Source: Callorhinchus milii
Taxonomy: Eukaryota
Direction: 5' to 3'
Length of the DNA stretch: 64,000 nt
NCBI RefSeq assembly: GCF_018977255.1
Contig: NW_024704772.1
Location: forward strand, 186,001 to 250,000
The notes under the pieces were generated by a model. The model was not told the origin of the DNA and did no database searches. It saw nothing but the letters and a program-made list of their open reading frames with translations. The position numbers and the translations under genes were made by a program. Of this stretch, positions 37,001 through 48,700 are shown piece after piece (the stretch's first letter is position 1; every line of letters starts with the position of its first letter).

Positions 37001-39405
37001 ACATTGGACACAGCGTTGGTGATCTCAATGTCTGGGTTGAATGGTCGTCCTGGACAAGAGCAAAGAGCAAACCAACAAGTGACTGTCACTACGCTTTCTG
37101 GGAACTGAAGGGTTAATTCTTACAATCCATATCGTGGCTGCAGGCTCAGCAGCTACGTACAGTTAGGTGTAGTGACTCTGTATTTGGTAGGCGGACAGCG
37201 GCCAATTTGTGCAGAGCCTTGTTCCACAGATAGCAGTGAGGTAAATATCCAATATCAACCTGAACAGGGCACAGACTGGACAGGTTTAACATCTTGTCTG
37301 AGAGGTGGCAGGTGCAATGGTACAGTGTTGCCCCCTCCCCCCCCCCACCCCCAAGGAGGCGGTCAGCCTCGACTGTGGCTGATTACCCACTATATCGTCG
37401 GCTTCTGGTGACAGTTTGACAGACTGAGCCAGCCAGGCTGACACCCGACAGAAAGGGGGAACCTTGGATATTATTGAGGATTATATTGGAGATCTTCCAA
37501 TCAAAGAGGACTGTGTGACCACCTACCATCAGTTGATCTGAAGATCTCGATCAAATAGCGCACCTCTTCTAGAATCTTCTCCTCAAAGGCATTTTTACCC
37601 AATCCAAAGTTCCTCAAAATGGTCATCAAGAATCGCCGTTGTTGTTTCCAGGACTTCCCGTAGGGGGCGTTAATAATACCTGATAATGGTAACATTGTAC
37701 ACATGATAATCAGTCTCTGCTTACTTTTCTTTTCAGAGTGAAGAACAAGCAAGACACCCTTCACCCCACCTCAGGGATGTGCCTAGAAATTCCTCATCCA
37801 GCACACAGAATCAGACACAGTAAGAAAATAATAATAATAATAATCCTTGCAATTGATATGGTACCTTATCACTCCTTCGAGATGTTTCAAAGTGATTCAC
37901 AGGATATAATGTAAAGTAGATTATCTGTATATTTTGTGGGCGAAGCATAGCAGCCAATTGCGCACAGCAGTGTCCCACAAACAGTTGTGGATTGAGTGAC
38001 CAAATTATTATTTATTATTTTTTAAAACAAATTTTGAAGGGATTATTACCCTCAGAAAAACAAGACGCTAATTGACCATCCAAGTTCCTACTTACTACTA
38101 GCTAAACAGAGGCGTGTGCGTGCAGTAAGGAAACTTGCCTAACATTTCATCCAGCCTGGGAATTGAACCCAGGTCCTCTCGTTTGCGAGGCAAGTGCTCC
38201 AACCACTGAGCTACAGAAATCCACACTGAGCTACAGGATCCCAGGCGTTAAACACGTGGTTCGAGCAGAGGGACACGTGTGTGACCAGCCCTCTTTGTGA
38301 CGTTATGTAGAACAATGAAGTCTTCTCACCTTGTCCTTTGGAGAAAATATCAAACTGTGGTCGTCCGGCAAAGTTCGAGCCTTGATGGACAAGAGCCTCC
38401 TGGATCATCTGAAAGCCGTTCAGAGCCACCATGGGAATGTGTATCATGTAACACGTGAAAATGTTCCCATACTTCTTGGCAAGCTGATTGTAGTTTGGGA
38501 ATAGGAGGGTGGGGGGAAGGGGAGGGAGGGGAGAGAAAGAAAAGAAAGGATGAGCTTCGTCTGCAGTTAGCACGAGGTTGTCGCACGCATCAACAAACTT
38601 TTCCCTCTGGTGAGGGGTTTGGGGGAGTGGGAAATACAGAACAAGGAGCAGCATCTTAATATTAGAGCTAGGACATTTAACAGTGAAATCAGGAGGCAGT
38701 TTTTCACACACACAAAGGCTAGTGGGAATATGGAACTCTCTCTCTCTCTTCCTCCCCCAAAAGACTGTGGATTAATGCTGGATCCATTCACTTTATCCAG
38801 ACTGAAGTGGAAAGATGATTCACAGGTTAAGGGTATCAAGGGAAATGGGGCAAAGGCAGATAATTGAGGTTGAGGTACAGGTGATCTAACAGAATGGCGG
38901 AGACATCCTCCTGTTCCTATATTCCTATGGCAACAGATCAACTGTGAAGAAGTTTCGATAAAGGTAAACGCACTGGTCAGAGCTGCGCAGCTGTTTGTGG
39001 GCAGAGCAGTACTGTAATTTACACTTTCGTAAACAATCTCCTAACAGTGCCATTTTGCCATCTTCCTGGGGCAAGGTGTGTTTGGAGAAGCATTTGTGTG
39101 GAAGACTCCACACAAATGGGAATAAGTACATTTAAGAATTGATAGGATCACATAACACAAAACTACAATTGAAGGATCAATACAAATTTTTTTCTCTGTA
39201 CCTTCATTATTCCAAATTGTGGATACTTAAGAGCCTGCACAGTGAGGTTTTGGCTGATGGACCACAGGGACGGTCCGTGGGGCAGCTTGCTGTGGCTCTT
39301 CCTGGCCCGCATCACAGCCGTTACCACCACAAACACCATCACAAAGATCCCCCAGGTTTGCACATCCAGCCAGGTCTCCCTGCCCCACAAGCCTGACCAC
39401 TCCAT
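33806..39405 (-). CDS. Cytochrome P450 family 2 (CYP2D/2J/2X-like; subfamily not resolved), 9 exons, about 512 aa
   Basis: Exons 39405-39202, 38483-38330, 37679-37527, 37049-36889, 36408-36235, 35956-35815, 35112-34925, 34590-34449, 34026-33806. Sizes 204/154/153/161/174/142/188/142/221 follow the canonical CYP2 pattern. Motifs: WxxxR, AGTETT, EIQR, FNPGNF and heme FSLGLRACPG. Confidence 0.93.
34449..34590 (-). CDS. CYP2 exon 8
   Basis: [12 protein letters not shown]...AFIPFSL; 142 nt. Confidence 0.92.
34925..35112 (-). CDS. CYP2 exon 7 (K helix)
   Basis: [14 protein letters not shown]; 188 nt. Confidence 0.92.
35277..35665 (+). mobile_element. tRNA-derived SINE
   Basis: Same family; head to (TTA)n tail. 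Confidence 0.85.
35815..35956 (-). CDS. CYP2 exon 6 (I helix)
   Basis: [16 protein letters not shown]; 142 nt. Confidence 0.92.
36235..36408 (-). CDS. CYP2 exon 5
   Basis: PGPHQKMF...[14 protein letters not shown]. Confidence 0.92.
36889..37049 (-). CDS. CYP2 exon 4
   Basis: RPFNP...[19 protein letters not shown]; 161 nt. Confidence 0.92.
37527..37679 (-). CDS. CYP2 exon 3
   Basis: [17 protein letters not shown]...LRNFGLGK. Confidence 0.92.
37828..38240 (-). mobile_element. tRNA-derived SINE with a duplicated 5' tip
   Basis: Same family; CACTGAGCTACAG occurs twice. Confidence 0.85.
38330..38483 (-). CDS. CYP2 exon 2
   Basis: LAKKYGNIF...[14 protein letters not shown]. Confidence 0.9.
38580..38930 (+). 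mobile_element. CR1 LINE 3' fragment
   Basis: [18 protein letters not shown] remnant; related copy at 56900-57260 (-). Confidence 0.7.
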
Positions 39406-39573
39406 TTTCCACTCCAGCTTCCCTGAAAAATTCAGCCTTCTACACAATCTGTACAGCTGCTTCTCCAAACACACCTTGCCCCAGGAAGATGGCAAAATGG
39501 CACTGTTAGGAGATTGTTTACGAAAGTGTAAATTACAGTACTGCTCTGCCCACAAACAGCTGCGCAGCTCTGA
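38977..39573. repeat. Perfect 116-bp inverted duplication (38977-39092 / 39458-39573) enclosing CYP2 exon 1
   Basis: Base-by-base reverse-complement identity; also visible as the identical peptide [38 protein letters not shown] in opposite-strand ORFs. Confidence 0.95.
39202..39405 (-). CDS. CYP2 exon 1 (membrane anchor)
   Basis: MEWSGL...[22 protein letters not shown]; phase 0 donor. Confidence 0.8.
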
Positions 39574-40456
39574 GCAGTGGGAAGAGAGAGATCCATGAGG
39601 GAGGGACTCTTGACAGACAAGCAAACACTTGAAAAGCTCAGCTCTAATTTCACTTCCCACTGCGTGACTCACTTGCCATTGGCTATATTGTCCCGAGAGC
39701 AGCAGAGCTTTACAGCGAGGACTGGCAATCTGTTAAATAATAAGAGTTTTATGTGATAAATGTTCAGAAGAGAAAGGATAAGTGGGGAGAGAGCAAAGTC
39801 CTGTGAGTTTATAGCGCTGATAAAGTTCTAAAGTCTCAACTGTCCTCACAGAGAAATGCTGACAGCAGTGATTGACTTGTTTATGACTAAATGGGCAAAT
39901 GGGCAGTTTAGTGGGATGATTGTTGGCTAGGATAGCGGGATGTTACACCCTTCTCTAGTGCAACACAGCAGAAGGCCCATATCTCTGCAATTCAGCTCCA
40001 ATGGGAGCTCACATTTATCCAGTGCCCCTCATGTAGGTTAATAATAATAATCATTGGATTCGATATAGCGCCTTATCACATCGTTGAGCCATCTCAGAAT
40101 ATACTGTAAAGTGAATTGACTATGTTTTTGTGGGCGAAAGTTAAGTTACTGAGCCAGACGGGACCACAGTATTTCAAGGCATTGCTGGTGACAGCACAGC
40201 CTGGCTCATCGGCAGGACTCGGAGGGACAGACCAGTCATTCAGCAAACCTGGGCAAGCAACGGGAAGCTTAGAAGACAGTGCTGTCTCTCAATGGCAAGC
40301 TGTGTAGTTTTAGCTGATTAAACTCCATGGTGCAAAACCATGTGGTCTTGTAGGTGGCATCATTTCAATACTGAGTCCATGTCACATCCCATTGGAAATA
40401 AATCGACACAGCAAGCAGAACTTAGATCACTGAAGGAATTCAACAAAAGTTACTTC

Positions 40457-40462
40457 TTTATT
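40457..40462 (-). terminator. Candidate polyadenylation signal for CSF2RB
   Basis: AATAAA on the minus strand about 1.1 kb after the stop. Confidence 0.4.
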
Positions 40463-41542
40463 GCTTTTGGTGAACGATAAATGTAAAAGCCATATTACTC
40501 CTTAACAAAGAATGCGACACACCTGAGCTTCCGATGTTGGCTTGCAAGGCAGAAATTCCGGTTTGCCTTCGGTTGAAGATACAATCGTTGAGGATTGTGA
40601 GGACAGAGAAACCAGATCCCAGGAACGACTGAGAGACTGCTGGCTCCTCCTGACCTTCATCCCTCCCATCACAGGCTGGTGAAGATCACAGAGAGAGGAC
40701 CTTGCCAGCAGAGAGTAGATTTAAAAAGTGGGAGGAAGAGTGTTGAGAAGGGGTAGGATTGCTTCTTCCATAGAGCGAGGAGGAAGAGAAGCCCAGGGAA
40801 CCAGAGAGGAGGAAATGGTTGACAGGATTAAAGTTAGTCCTAACCCCAATCCCTAGATCTTTATTAATGTTCCTCTAAAGGTCCAATTCCCCATTCAATC
40901 CGAAGTGCTTTGAAATTGTTAATTGTATTAGTAATAATAATGCTTGCATTTGATACAGCACCTTTCATCATGTGGAGACATTCGGAGGACTTCCCAGTGA
41001 TTGTGTGAGAGGGGGCAGATCAGTGGCACCCTGCCCATAGAACCACTTCATTCAAACATGATCTCCTGATGACAAGGTGGCTCTACCTCACTGAACTATT
41101 TGGTTTGCAAATAACAAGGAAAATCTTGCAGCTATAACAAGCTGTTCACACAATTGGAAACTACAATCGTTAGAACGAGAAGGAACTTGACAGTATTCTT
41201 AACAATTGAAACAGCTCATCCACATGTGATTATTGCCAGCCCAGCACAGCACAGGAACAATATATACACAGGCCCTGACAAGCTACAGGTAAAGTATTCA
41301 CAGACAAAGTGTCACCACAGACAGTCAACAAGACTTTGATTGGTTCACAGAAAGAAAAGTCAACACATTTTGCCAAGTGCCTTGGGTTTGTGTTTCTCTC
41401 GTTCTCCTCTCGGGCCAATACATCATGTCCTTTATTTCTCATCAATGGTTTTCTTTCCAAAGAGTTTTTTTTTGTCACTGAGTCAGTGAGGAAGCTGTGT
41501 GTGCTTGCGTGTGTGTGTATGCATGTGTGTGTGCGTGTGAGG

Positions 41543-42740
41543 CTAGGGCTGGGACACCAGCTGGTGTGTAGTGGTGCAAAGAGACTGATGAGGTTCTGGT
41601 TTATGGCTGACCTGCTGGTTGGCCGCATGGTCATGACTCATGTCCTGAGTTTTCAGCAAAGCCCCGGGGTTGCTGCCTGCATCGTCATGGGAAAGAGATG
41701 TTGGAATGAAGCAATAATCACCAACTTGCTTGAGGACAATGGGTTTGGAGCCTTGTTGCAGAAGGACAACTGGGAACTCAGAGGGAGTGTCCTCAACATA
41801 CAGCGGCTTTTTCACTGGAGGTTCCTCAGGATGAGCTTGAAGCTTGGACGAGGGTTTTAGTTCAGTGACATAATCACTGAGCGCCTGGTGACTTGAGGTC
41901 TGGGAGTTCACACTTGGCCGCTGGTTGGCAGATTGTTTGTTTCCGAGTTCCTGGGGAGCAGTGTCTCCCGGTAAAGACAGCACGTAGCCCCTGCTATCGG
42001 GTGGGCAGAGTGCAGCGAGGCTTTGTCGCTGGGAGTTGGCAGAACGAGTAGGGAAGGCTTCGGGAACTGATTGGCTTGAAGACGGACAAAAAATATTGGA
42101 GTTCATGTTGTGAACATAGCCAGCCATGGTCCCAGGTAAGGGAACTAGGTTTGGCTTTGGGGGGCTTAGAACATAATTGTTCACCACAAAAGGTGGTTCA
42201 TCCGGAAAGGTTTTTCTGGAACAGGTCCTCTCCGCCTGGACATAAGAACCAGAGGTTTTGGGCACTAGCAGAGGACTGGAGGCCGTCTGTGCGAAGCTCA
42301 GGACATAATCGGAGACAGGAGGAGTAGCTTGGTTATTGCCTGATTCGAGCAGAGTCTCAGAGACCTCCTGTGGGATCTTCGTATACCACAGCCTGTCTTG
42401 GGCATCCTCAGACTGGCCATCAGCACCTTTGCCAGGCTCGGCCTTGGGTTTGGAGAAGAAATTAGGCAGGGACGAAGCTTGGCCGCTGTACAGATAGGGC
42501 CCGTCGTAGTCGGAGCGACAGGGAGGGTCTCTGTACCCAGTTAGCTCTCTCAGGTCAGTGTGGGGCAGCACGAGACTGGGCAAGGCTTCCGCAGGCACTG
42601 GCTGGCACCACTGGCTGCCACTGGTCAGCAGCGCAAACTGTTGGTAAGGTTGGTCTTGTCCGATAAGCTGCTCACTCGGCTCGGGAGAGGGTGTGACGTT
42701 CATCTGAGTCTCCTCACTGCTGGCCAACTTGTGCTTCTCA
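41543..42740 (-). CDS. CSF2RB: CSF2RB last exon (long Tyr-rich tail)
   Basis: 394-aa ORF containing DYDGPYL, several YVxx motifs and QVGDYCFIP. Confidence 0.9.
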
Positions 42741-45700
42741 CTGTTGGGAGAACGAGAACACTTTTGTCACAAAACGGCGCAGCAGAGGCAGGGAGAGAGT
42801 GCCGTCAGATAATGTTACCCACTGGCCAAGCTCTCAGCTGGGCATTTAGCACTACACTTTGTGTTCAGCAAGGTGAAGGTTGCCAGCTGAGACTCCCTCT
42901 CACTCACACCACAGCACGCGTGTGTGTCTGCGCATGTGTCTGTGTGTGTATCTGTGCTTGTGTGTCCGTGTGTATGTCTGTGTTTGTGTGTGTCTGTGTG
43001 TGTGTGTCTGTGTGCGTGTGTGTCGTCTGTGTGTGTGTGCATCGGGGGGATGTGCCAGGCTGGATACGGTAAAATAGCTTACCTAGGGATGATCTCAGGA
43101 CATGTAACGCAAGACTCGTCCAAGCTCATCTCATCCGTTATAGTGATGAGAGAAGTTGTGGGTCTTAACAGAGCTCCCTATAGAAACACACACACACACA
43201 CGTCAGCAAGCACTTGGCAAACTGTCTGCCTGTAAACTGCCGTTTGTTGCCAAGTTTATTATACAGAAACCCAGAATGAAATGAAGAATTTCACATTAAT
43301 CTGCACGTTAAATGGAGTCCTGCAGCTCAGTGCTTAGAGCCCTCGCCTCGCAAGCGAGAGGACCTGGGTTCGATTCCCGGGCAGGGCAAAATATTAGGTA
43401 AGTTTCCTTACTCCACACGCCTCTGTTTACCTAGCAGTAAATAGGAAGCCGGTTGCCAGTCGATGGTCGGATCACTTTTCTGGGGGTAATAATCCCTTCA
43501 AAAAATATATTAAAAATATTTGGTCACTCAATCCACGACTGTTTGTGGGACGCTGCTATGCTCAATTGGCTTCCGAGTTTCGCCCACAAAATATACAGTC
43601 AATTCACTTTACAGTATATTCTGTGAAGTGCTTTGAGACGTCTCGAAGAAGTGATAAGGCGCTATATCAAATGCAAGGATTATTTATTTATTTAAGAGTG
43701 AACTGGCGGGTGGAATTTCAGGTCTGTGAACTGTATGCCGTGTTTGTCTATAAATACAGTCTACACTGGACAGCGTTAAAGTGCTTTTGACATTATAGAC
43801 CAGTGATCAATGAGAGTTTAATAATGTAATATATAAATAGTCAGTCAGCCTCTGGAGAAGAGAGGAGCCATTACCTGGCCTTCGCTCTGGAACAGTTTGC
43901 TCTTTCCCGGATTCGGAATACTGTCCAACCAGGAGCGCTTTCTCCTGTGGGATGAAAATCAGAATGCTAGTTGTCATTTTATACAGATAGCAAGTGGGTT
44001 TCTGTTTAAATCTAAAGCCAGCACTTCAGACCAGCAACCGCAGGGAAATCCCCGTTTGTTTTGAGTTAGCGAGTCAACTGAAATAAGCTGAGGTTCACAG
44101 ACTGTACTGACAGGAATCTCTGACACGTGGAAACCTGTCCATCACCTACAGAGTTCTACGTATGTAGCCCCGGAAATCTCTCTCTCTCTCTCTCGCTGGA
44201 GGGACCCACTCTGATTACTTAATCCCAGAGAGTATTGGAGAGAGTATTGGAGGCAGCTTGGCAGGAGCCAAGGGGAGCCCAGAGTGTGCATTAGGATAAC
44301 TGCTGGAGTTTAACCAGCTAAAACCACACGTAGCTTGGCCATTGAGAGCAGTGTCTGACAAGTTATCCAGCTGAGACCATCCTATCCATTCAGGTTGTGG
44401 TTTGCAGGGTGGTCAGGAACTGATTGGGAAGAATCCCTGCCCCTGTGTAGGACAACGGACACCCGTGGGTGAGGCCTGCCTTACCTGCATATGAGCCAGC
44501 AGATCGGTGGAGTCATTAAGATGGCCAGTGAAATAAGTGTCCCAGTTATTAGAATGGTGATGTACTCCGAGTCTGCCACACAAAACACAGCCATTAAAGA
44601 GTTAAAGCTTTTCTCAGAACAAACATTGCCAACGTGAGGAGAGATTGACCCCGGCGCTCGTTTTGATCTCGGAGTCCGCTCCGTTCACGGACAAATCCCT
44701 CTCCCTTTCCCGTCTCCACACAATGGCGCTGAGTAAAGCGATGGACAACAACAACTTGGATTTATATAGTGCCCTCCACGCCAGACGGCGTCTCAGAGCA
44801 CTTTGAACAAGAGGCCTGTGGCCAGGACATCAAGACAGCTCCCCTGAAGCTGGGAGAAAAGTGTCCTTGGGACGTCCTCCCGATGTGAAAGGCGCTCTAT
44901 AAATGAAATCTTGTTGTTGTTGTTGTATGTAAACGCGTGCGTGTGTGTGAAGCTGATGAGGAATGTGTAAGTCTGTGTGTGTGTGGGTGCGTGTGAAGCT
45001 GGTGAGGAATGTGTGTGTGAGAGCACACAGTAATTTCTAGAATAGATCAGTCTCTCTCACTCACCTCCCTTAACGTTCAGGATGATTTCTCTGCTCCATT
45101 CGCTCCAGGGTCCATCATAACCGTCCTGCCCGGCCTTGGCCATCTTAGCCCTGACCCTGAAAGAATACCGGCTGCCAAGCTCCAGCGAGCTCTTCGGGAA
45201 CACGTAGAACCGGCTGCTTTGGGGAATGTCCACCATTTTCGGGTTCTGGCAACAAGGAAAGACAGCGATAGACTTGGATAGGGGCCATGGGAGGCTGGGA
45301 CACCATTCATACCACGGCCCGCGAGAGAGAGAAAGAGAGAGACACAGCAGAGGGCACAGTCTGGGACACCACATTGGGAATGGGAAACATCCGAGTGCCA
45401 GCATTCAGCCTCTAGTCTGGGCTCAGTGAGGGCTACAGCTCATTACCCGCAGGGTAACCAGTGAGTGGGAATGTGGAGTCCTGTAGCTCAGTGGTTAGAG
45501 CACTCGCTTTGCAAGCGAGAGACTAGAGTTCAATTCCAGGCAGAGGGCGAAACCTCGGGCAAGTTTCCTTACTCCACACAGAGCCTAATAATAATCCCTC
45601 CAAAACCAAAACAATAATAAATTGGTCATTTTCAATCTACGACTGTTTGTGGGACATTGCTGTGCGCAATTGGCTGCCGCGTTCGCCCACAAATATACAG

Positions 45701-48700
45701 TCAATTCACTTTACCTTTACAGTATATTCTGTGAAGCGCTTTGGGACGTCCTCCCGACGTGAAAAGCGCTATATCAAATGCAAGGATTATTATTATTATT
45801 ATTATTATTGCTGTGCGCAATTGGCTGCTGCGTTCGCCCACAAATATACAGTCAATTCACTTTACCTTTACAGTGTGTTCTGTGAAGCGCTTTGGGACGT
45901 CCTCCCGACGTGAAGAGCGCTATATCAAATGCAAGGATTATTATTATTATTATTATAATAACGTGAGCGGGAGAGGCCTGGCGGAGTGGAGGCTGTGTCG
46001 AGAGGCTGTTTTGAGGGGCTGAGAGTGGACAGGCCAAAGGGGCTTTCTCATCTGAACCACACACTCGCTCACTCACCCTCACACACACACTCGCTCACCC
46101 ACACTCACGCTCAACCTCACAAGCTCACTCACACACGCTCACTCACTCACACACTCACTCACACACTCGCTCACTCACACACTTGCTCATACACACTCGC
46201 TTACACACTTGCACATTACTGAAGCACGAAGCTCACAACTGAGCACTTACCAGCCCGGCCTGGTCTGCCTTCTCCTGGCGGATCTGGTACTGCAGTGCCT
46301 GTTCCGGTTTCTCTATGGCCTCCCATTTCAGTTTATACCCGTCTGAGCTCGGGGTCACCGTCAGGTTGAAGGGTTCAGCAGCTCTGACTACGAGCAAAAG
46401 GTACATCAGAACCACTGTGAAGCCCTCCGCTCTGGCACCGAAGTTTCAGTTTGGTTTGGAGACGCTTAAGCAACGGTGACGGGTTTCCGTGTGTGTCAGA
46501 CACCCGGATGGTCACGGTGACGGGTTTCCGTGTGTGTCAGACACCCGGATGGTCACAGTGACGGCTTTCCGTGTGTGTCAGACACGTGGCTGGTCACGGT
46601 GACGGGTTTCCGTGTGTGTCAGACACGTGGCTGGTCACGGTGACGGGTTTCCGTGTGTGTCAGACACGTGGCTGGTCACGGTGACGGGTTTCCGTGTGTG
46701 TCAGACACCCGGATGGTCATGGTGATGGATTTCTGCGTGTGTCAGACACTCGACTGACCAACAAAAATTGAGATGGGAACAAATGAACTCACTGGTTTTA
46801 CAGAGCCTGATCATGTGTGTTGGCTCCACTGCCTTCAGGACCACTGTGTAGTTGTCCGCAGTCTCCTGACCGTCCACAGGAAACTTACAGCCAAAGCTGG
46901 TGGGATGCGAGGTTTGCTGCTGTGTGACAGTAGGTGAGCACTCGCTCAGCCTGGGAAACATTACACAAAACAACATTCCAGTCAACAAAAGCCACCGTCA
47001 AACTGGCTTTACTGCATGTTAGCAGCTTCTCCCACCCACTTCTTTGACAAATGCACTTATATAATAATAATCCTTGCATTTGATACAATGCCTTATCACA
47101 TTGTGAAAACATCTTAAAACGCTTCACAGGATACACTGTAAATAGAGTGACTATGCATTTGGTGGGCGAAAATACACTTATGCAATCACACGCCCTGCTT
47201 TTCCCATTTGTCAGCCTGGCTCAGCCACTCACACCCCGGTCTTGGGGTCAGAGGATGTGTGTTCACGGTCCCACACTGGGAGTCCTGTGGCTCAGTGGTT
47301 AGAGCACTCGCTTTGCAAGCGAGAGACCTGAGTTCAATTCCAGGCAGAGGGAAACCTTGGGCAAGTTTCCTTACTCCACACAGAGCCTAATAATAATCCC
47401 TCCAAAAACCAAAAACAATAATAAATTGGTCATTTTCAATCTACGACTGTTTGTGGGACATTGCTGTGCGCAATTGGCTGCCGCGTTCGCCCACAAATAT
47501 ACAGTCAATTCACTTTACAGTGTGTTCTGTGAAGCGCTTTGGGACGTCCTCTCCCGACGTGAAAAGCGCTATATCAAATGCAAGGATTATTATTATTATT
47601 ATTATTATTTGAGCTCACAGTCTAGGCTGACACTAAGGCAGGGCTGGGGGGGGTGGGCTGTCCTTCAGATGAAGAGAGTTTCTCTCTCAAGTCTTAGCTA
47701 ACAATCCCCCCAGATAACATCATTGTACAAATGCAAGGATTATTATTATTATGACTACTATTATTATTGTGCACAATGGCTGCTGCGTTTTCCCACAACT
47801 GCCCAATATAGCGCCCCTCACGCAGGGTAACGCTCTGGGACGCCAGTGCTCAGTGATTTACAGTAAATTTTGTGAAGCGCTTTGCGACGTCCTCCTGAGG
47901 TACAAAGCACTGTACCCCACGGAGGGATCTGATGATGTAGTGCCTCGCGGTGCTGTTGCCCTGGACTCACATGTTGTTGGCTTTGGCGTAGTGCAGCTTA
48001 AACTCCACCTGGCCAAGTGACTGGCTGGGCACCTCCCAGGTACAACCCATCTCTGCCACTCCATCGTACTCACACTGCAGGTTCTTGGGCAGGACATCAG
48101 CAGGTTCTGGTGAGGGAGGCCGCAGGTATTACACAGGGAATAGCATGTAACATGTCCCGACTTCTTTCCAATACGCCTGACCCCATCCCAACATGCCTGA
48201 CCCCATCCCAACACGCCCCACCACGCCTGTCGTGCTAATTGGTGTGTTACCGGTTTTAGGTCCTGTTGTCTCAGGGGTGACGTTCCATCTGATCTCTGTG
48301 CTCCACTGGCTCCAGTACCCTGTGTACTGGCCGCTAGCCTGGGGTCTGGCTCGTACCCGTGCCCGATGCTCTCCCGGCTTTGCCAGCCTCCGGCTGATCA
48401 CTAAGTGTGTCCTGTTCTCCAGCACCAGCTCACTCACAGCATCCTGCACACACCACGATCACAACAACAATAATAATCCTGGCATTTGACACAGCGCCTT
48501 ATCACATTGTCGAGGCATCTCAAAGTGCTTCACAGGATATACTGTAATAATAATAATAATAATAATAATAATCCTTGCATTTGATATAGCGCTTTTCACG
48601 TCGGGAGGACGTCCCAAAGCGCTTCACAGAACACACTGTAAAGTGAATTGACTGTATATTTGTGGGCGAACGCGGCAGCCAATTGCGCACAGCAATGTCC

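Noticed and set aside
39406-39672. N-terminal extension of CYP2 suggested by the 169-aa ORF
   Set aside because: There is no upstream in-frame ATG, and the ATG at 39405 gives a normal P450 anchor and length
41309-41860. 183-aa plus-strand ORF and other antisense ORFs over real exons
   Set aside because: They are shadow ORFs opposite CSF2RB, TMPRSS6 and IL2RB exons, with no recognisable domains
43314-43390. tRNA-Ala-like sequence (and similar heads at 2778, 45475, 47279, 58352 and 61440)
   Set aside because: Each runs straight into a SINE body and (TTA)n tail and lacks a proper acceptor stem, so these are SINE heads, not tRNA genes
45647-46022. Recurrent peptides such as [29 protein letters not shown] in many ORFs
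   Set aside because: They are chance translations of the SINE 3' body, not a protein family
46473-46759. CRISPR-like regular repeat (also 28885-29031 and 63600-64000)
   Set aside because: Units are contiguous with no unique spacers, there are no cas genes, and the context is vertebrate
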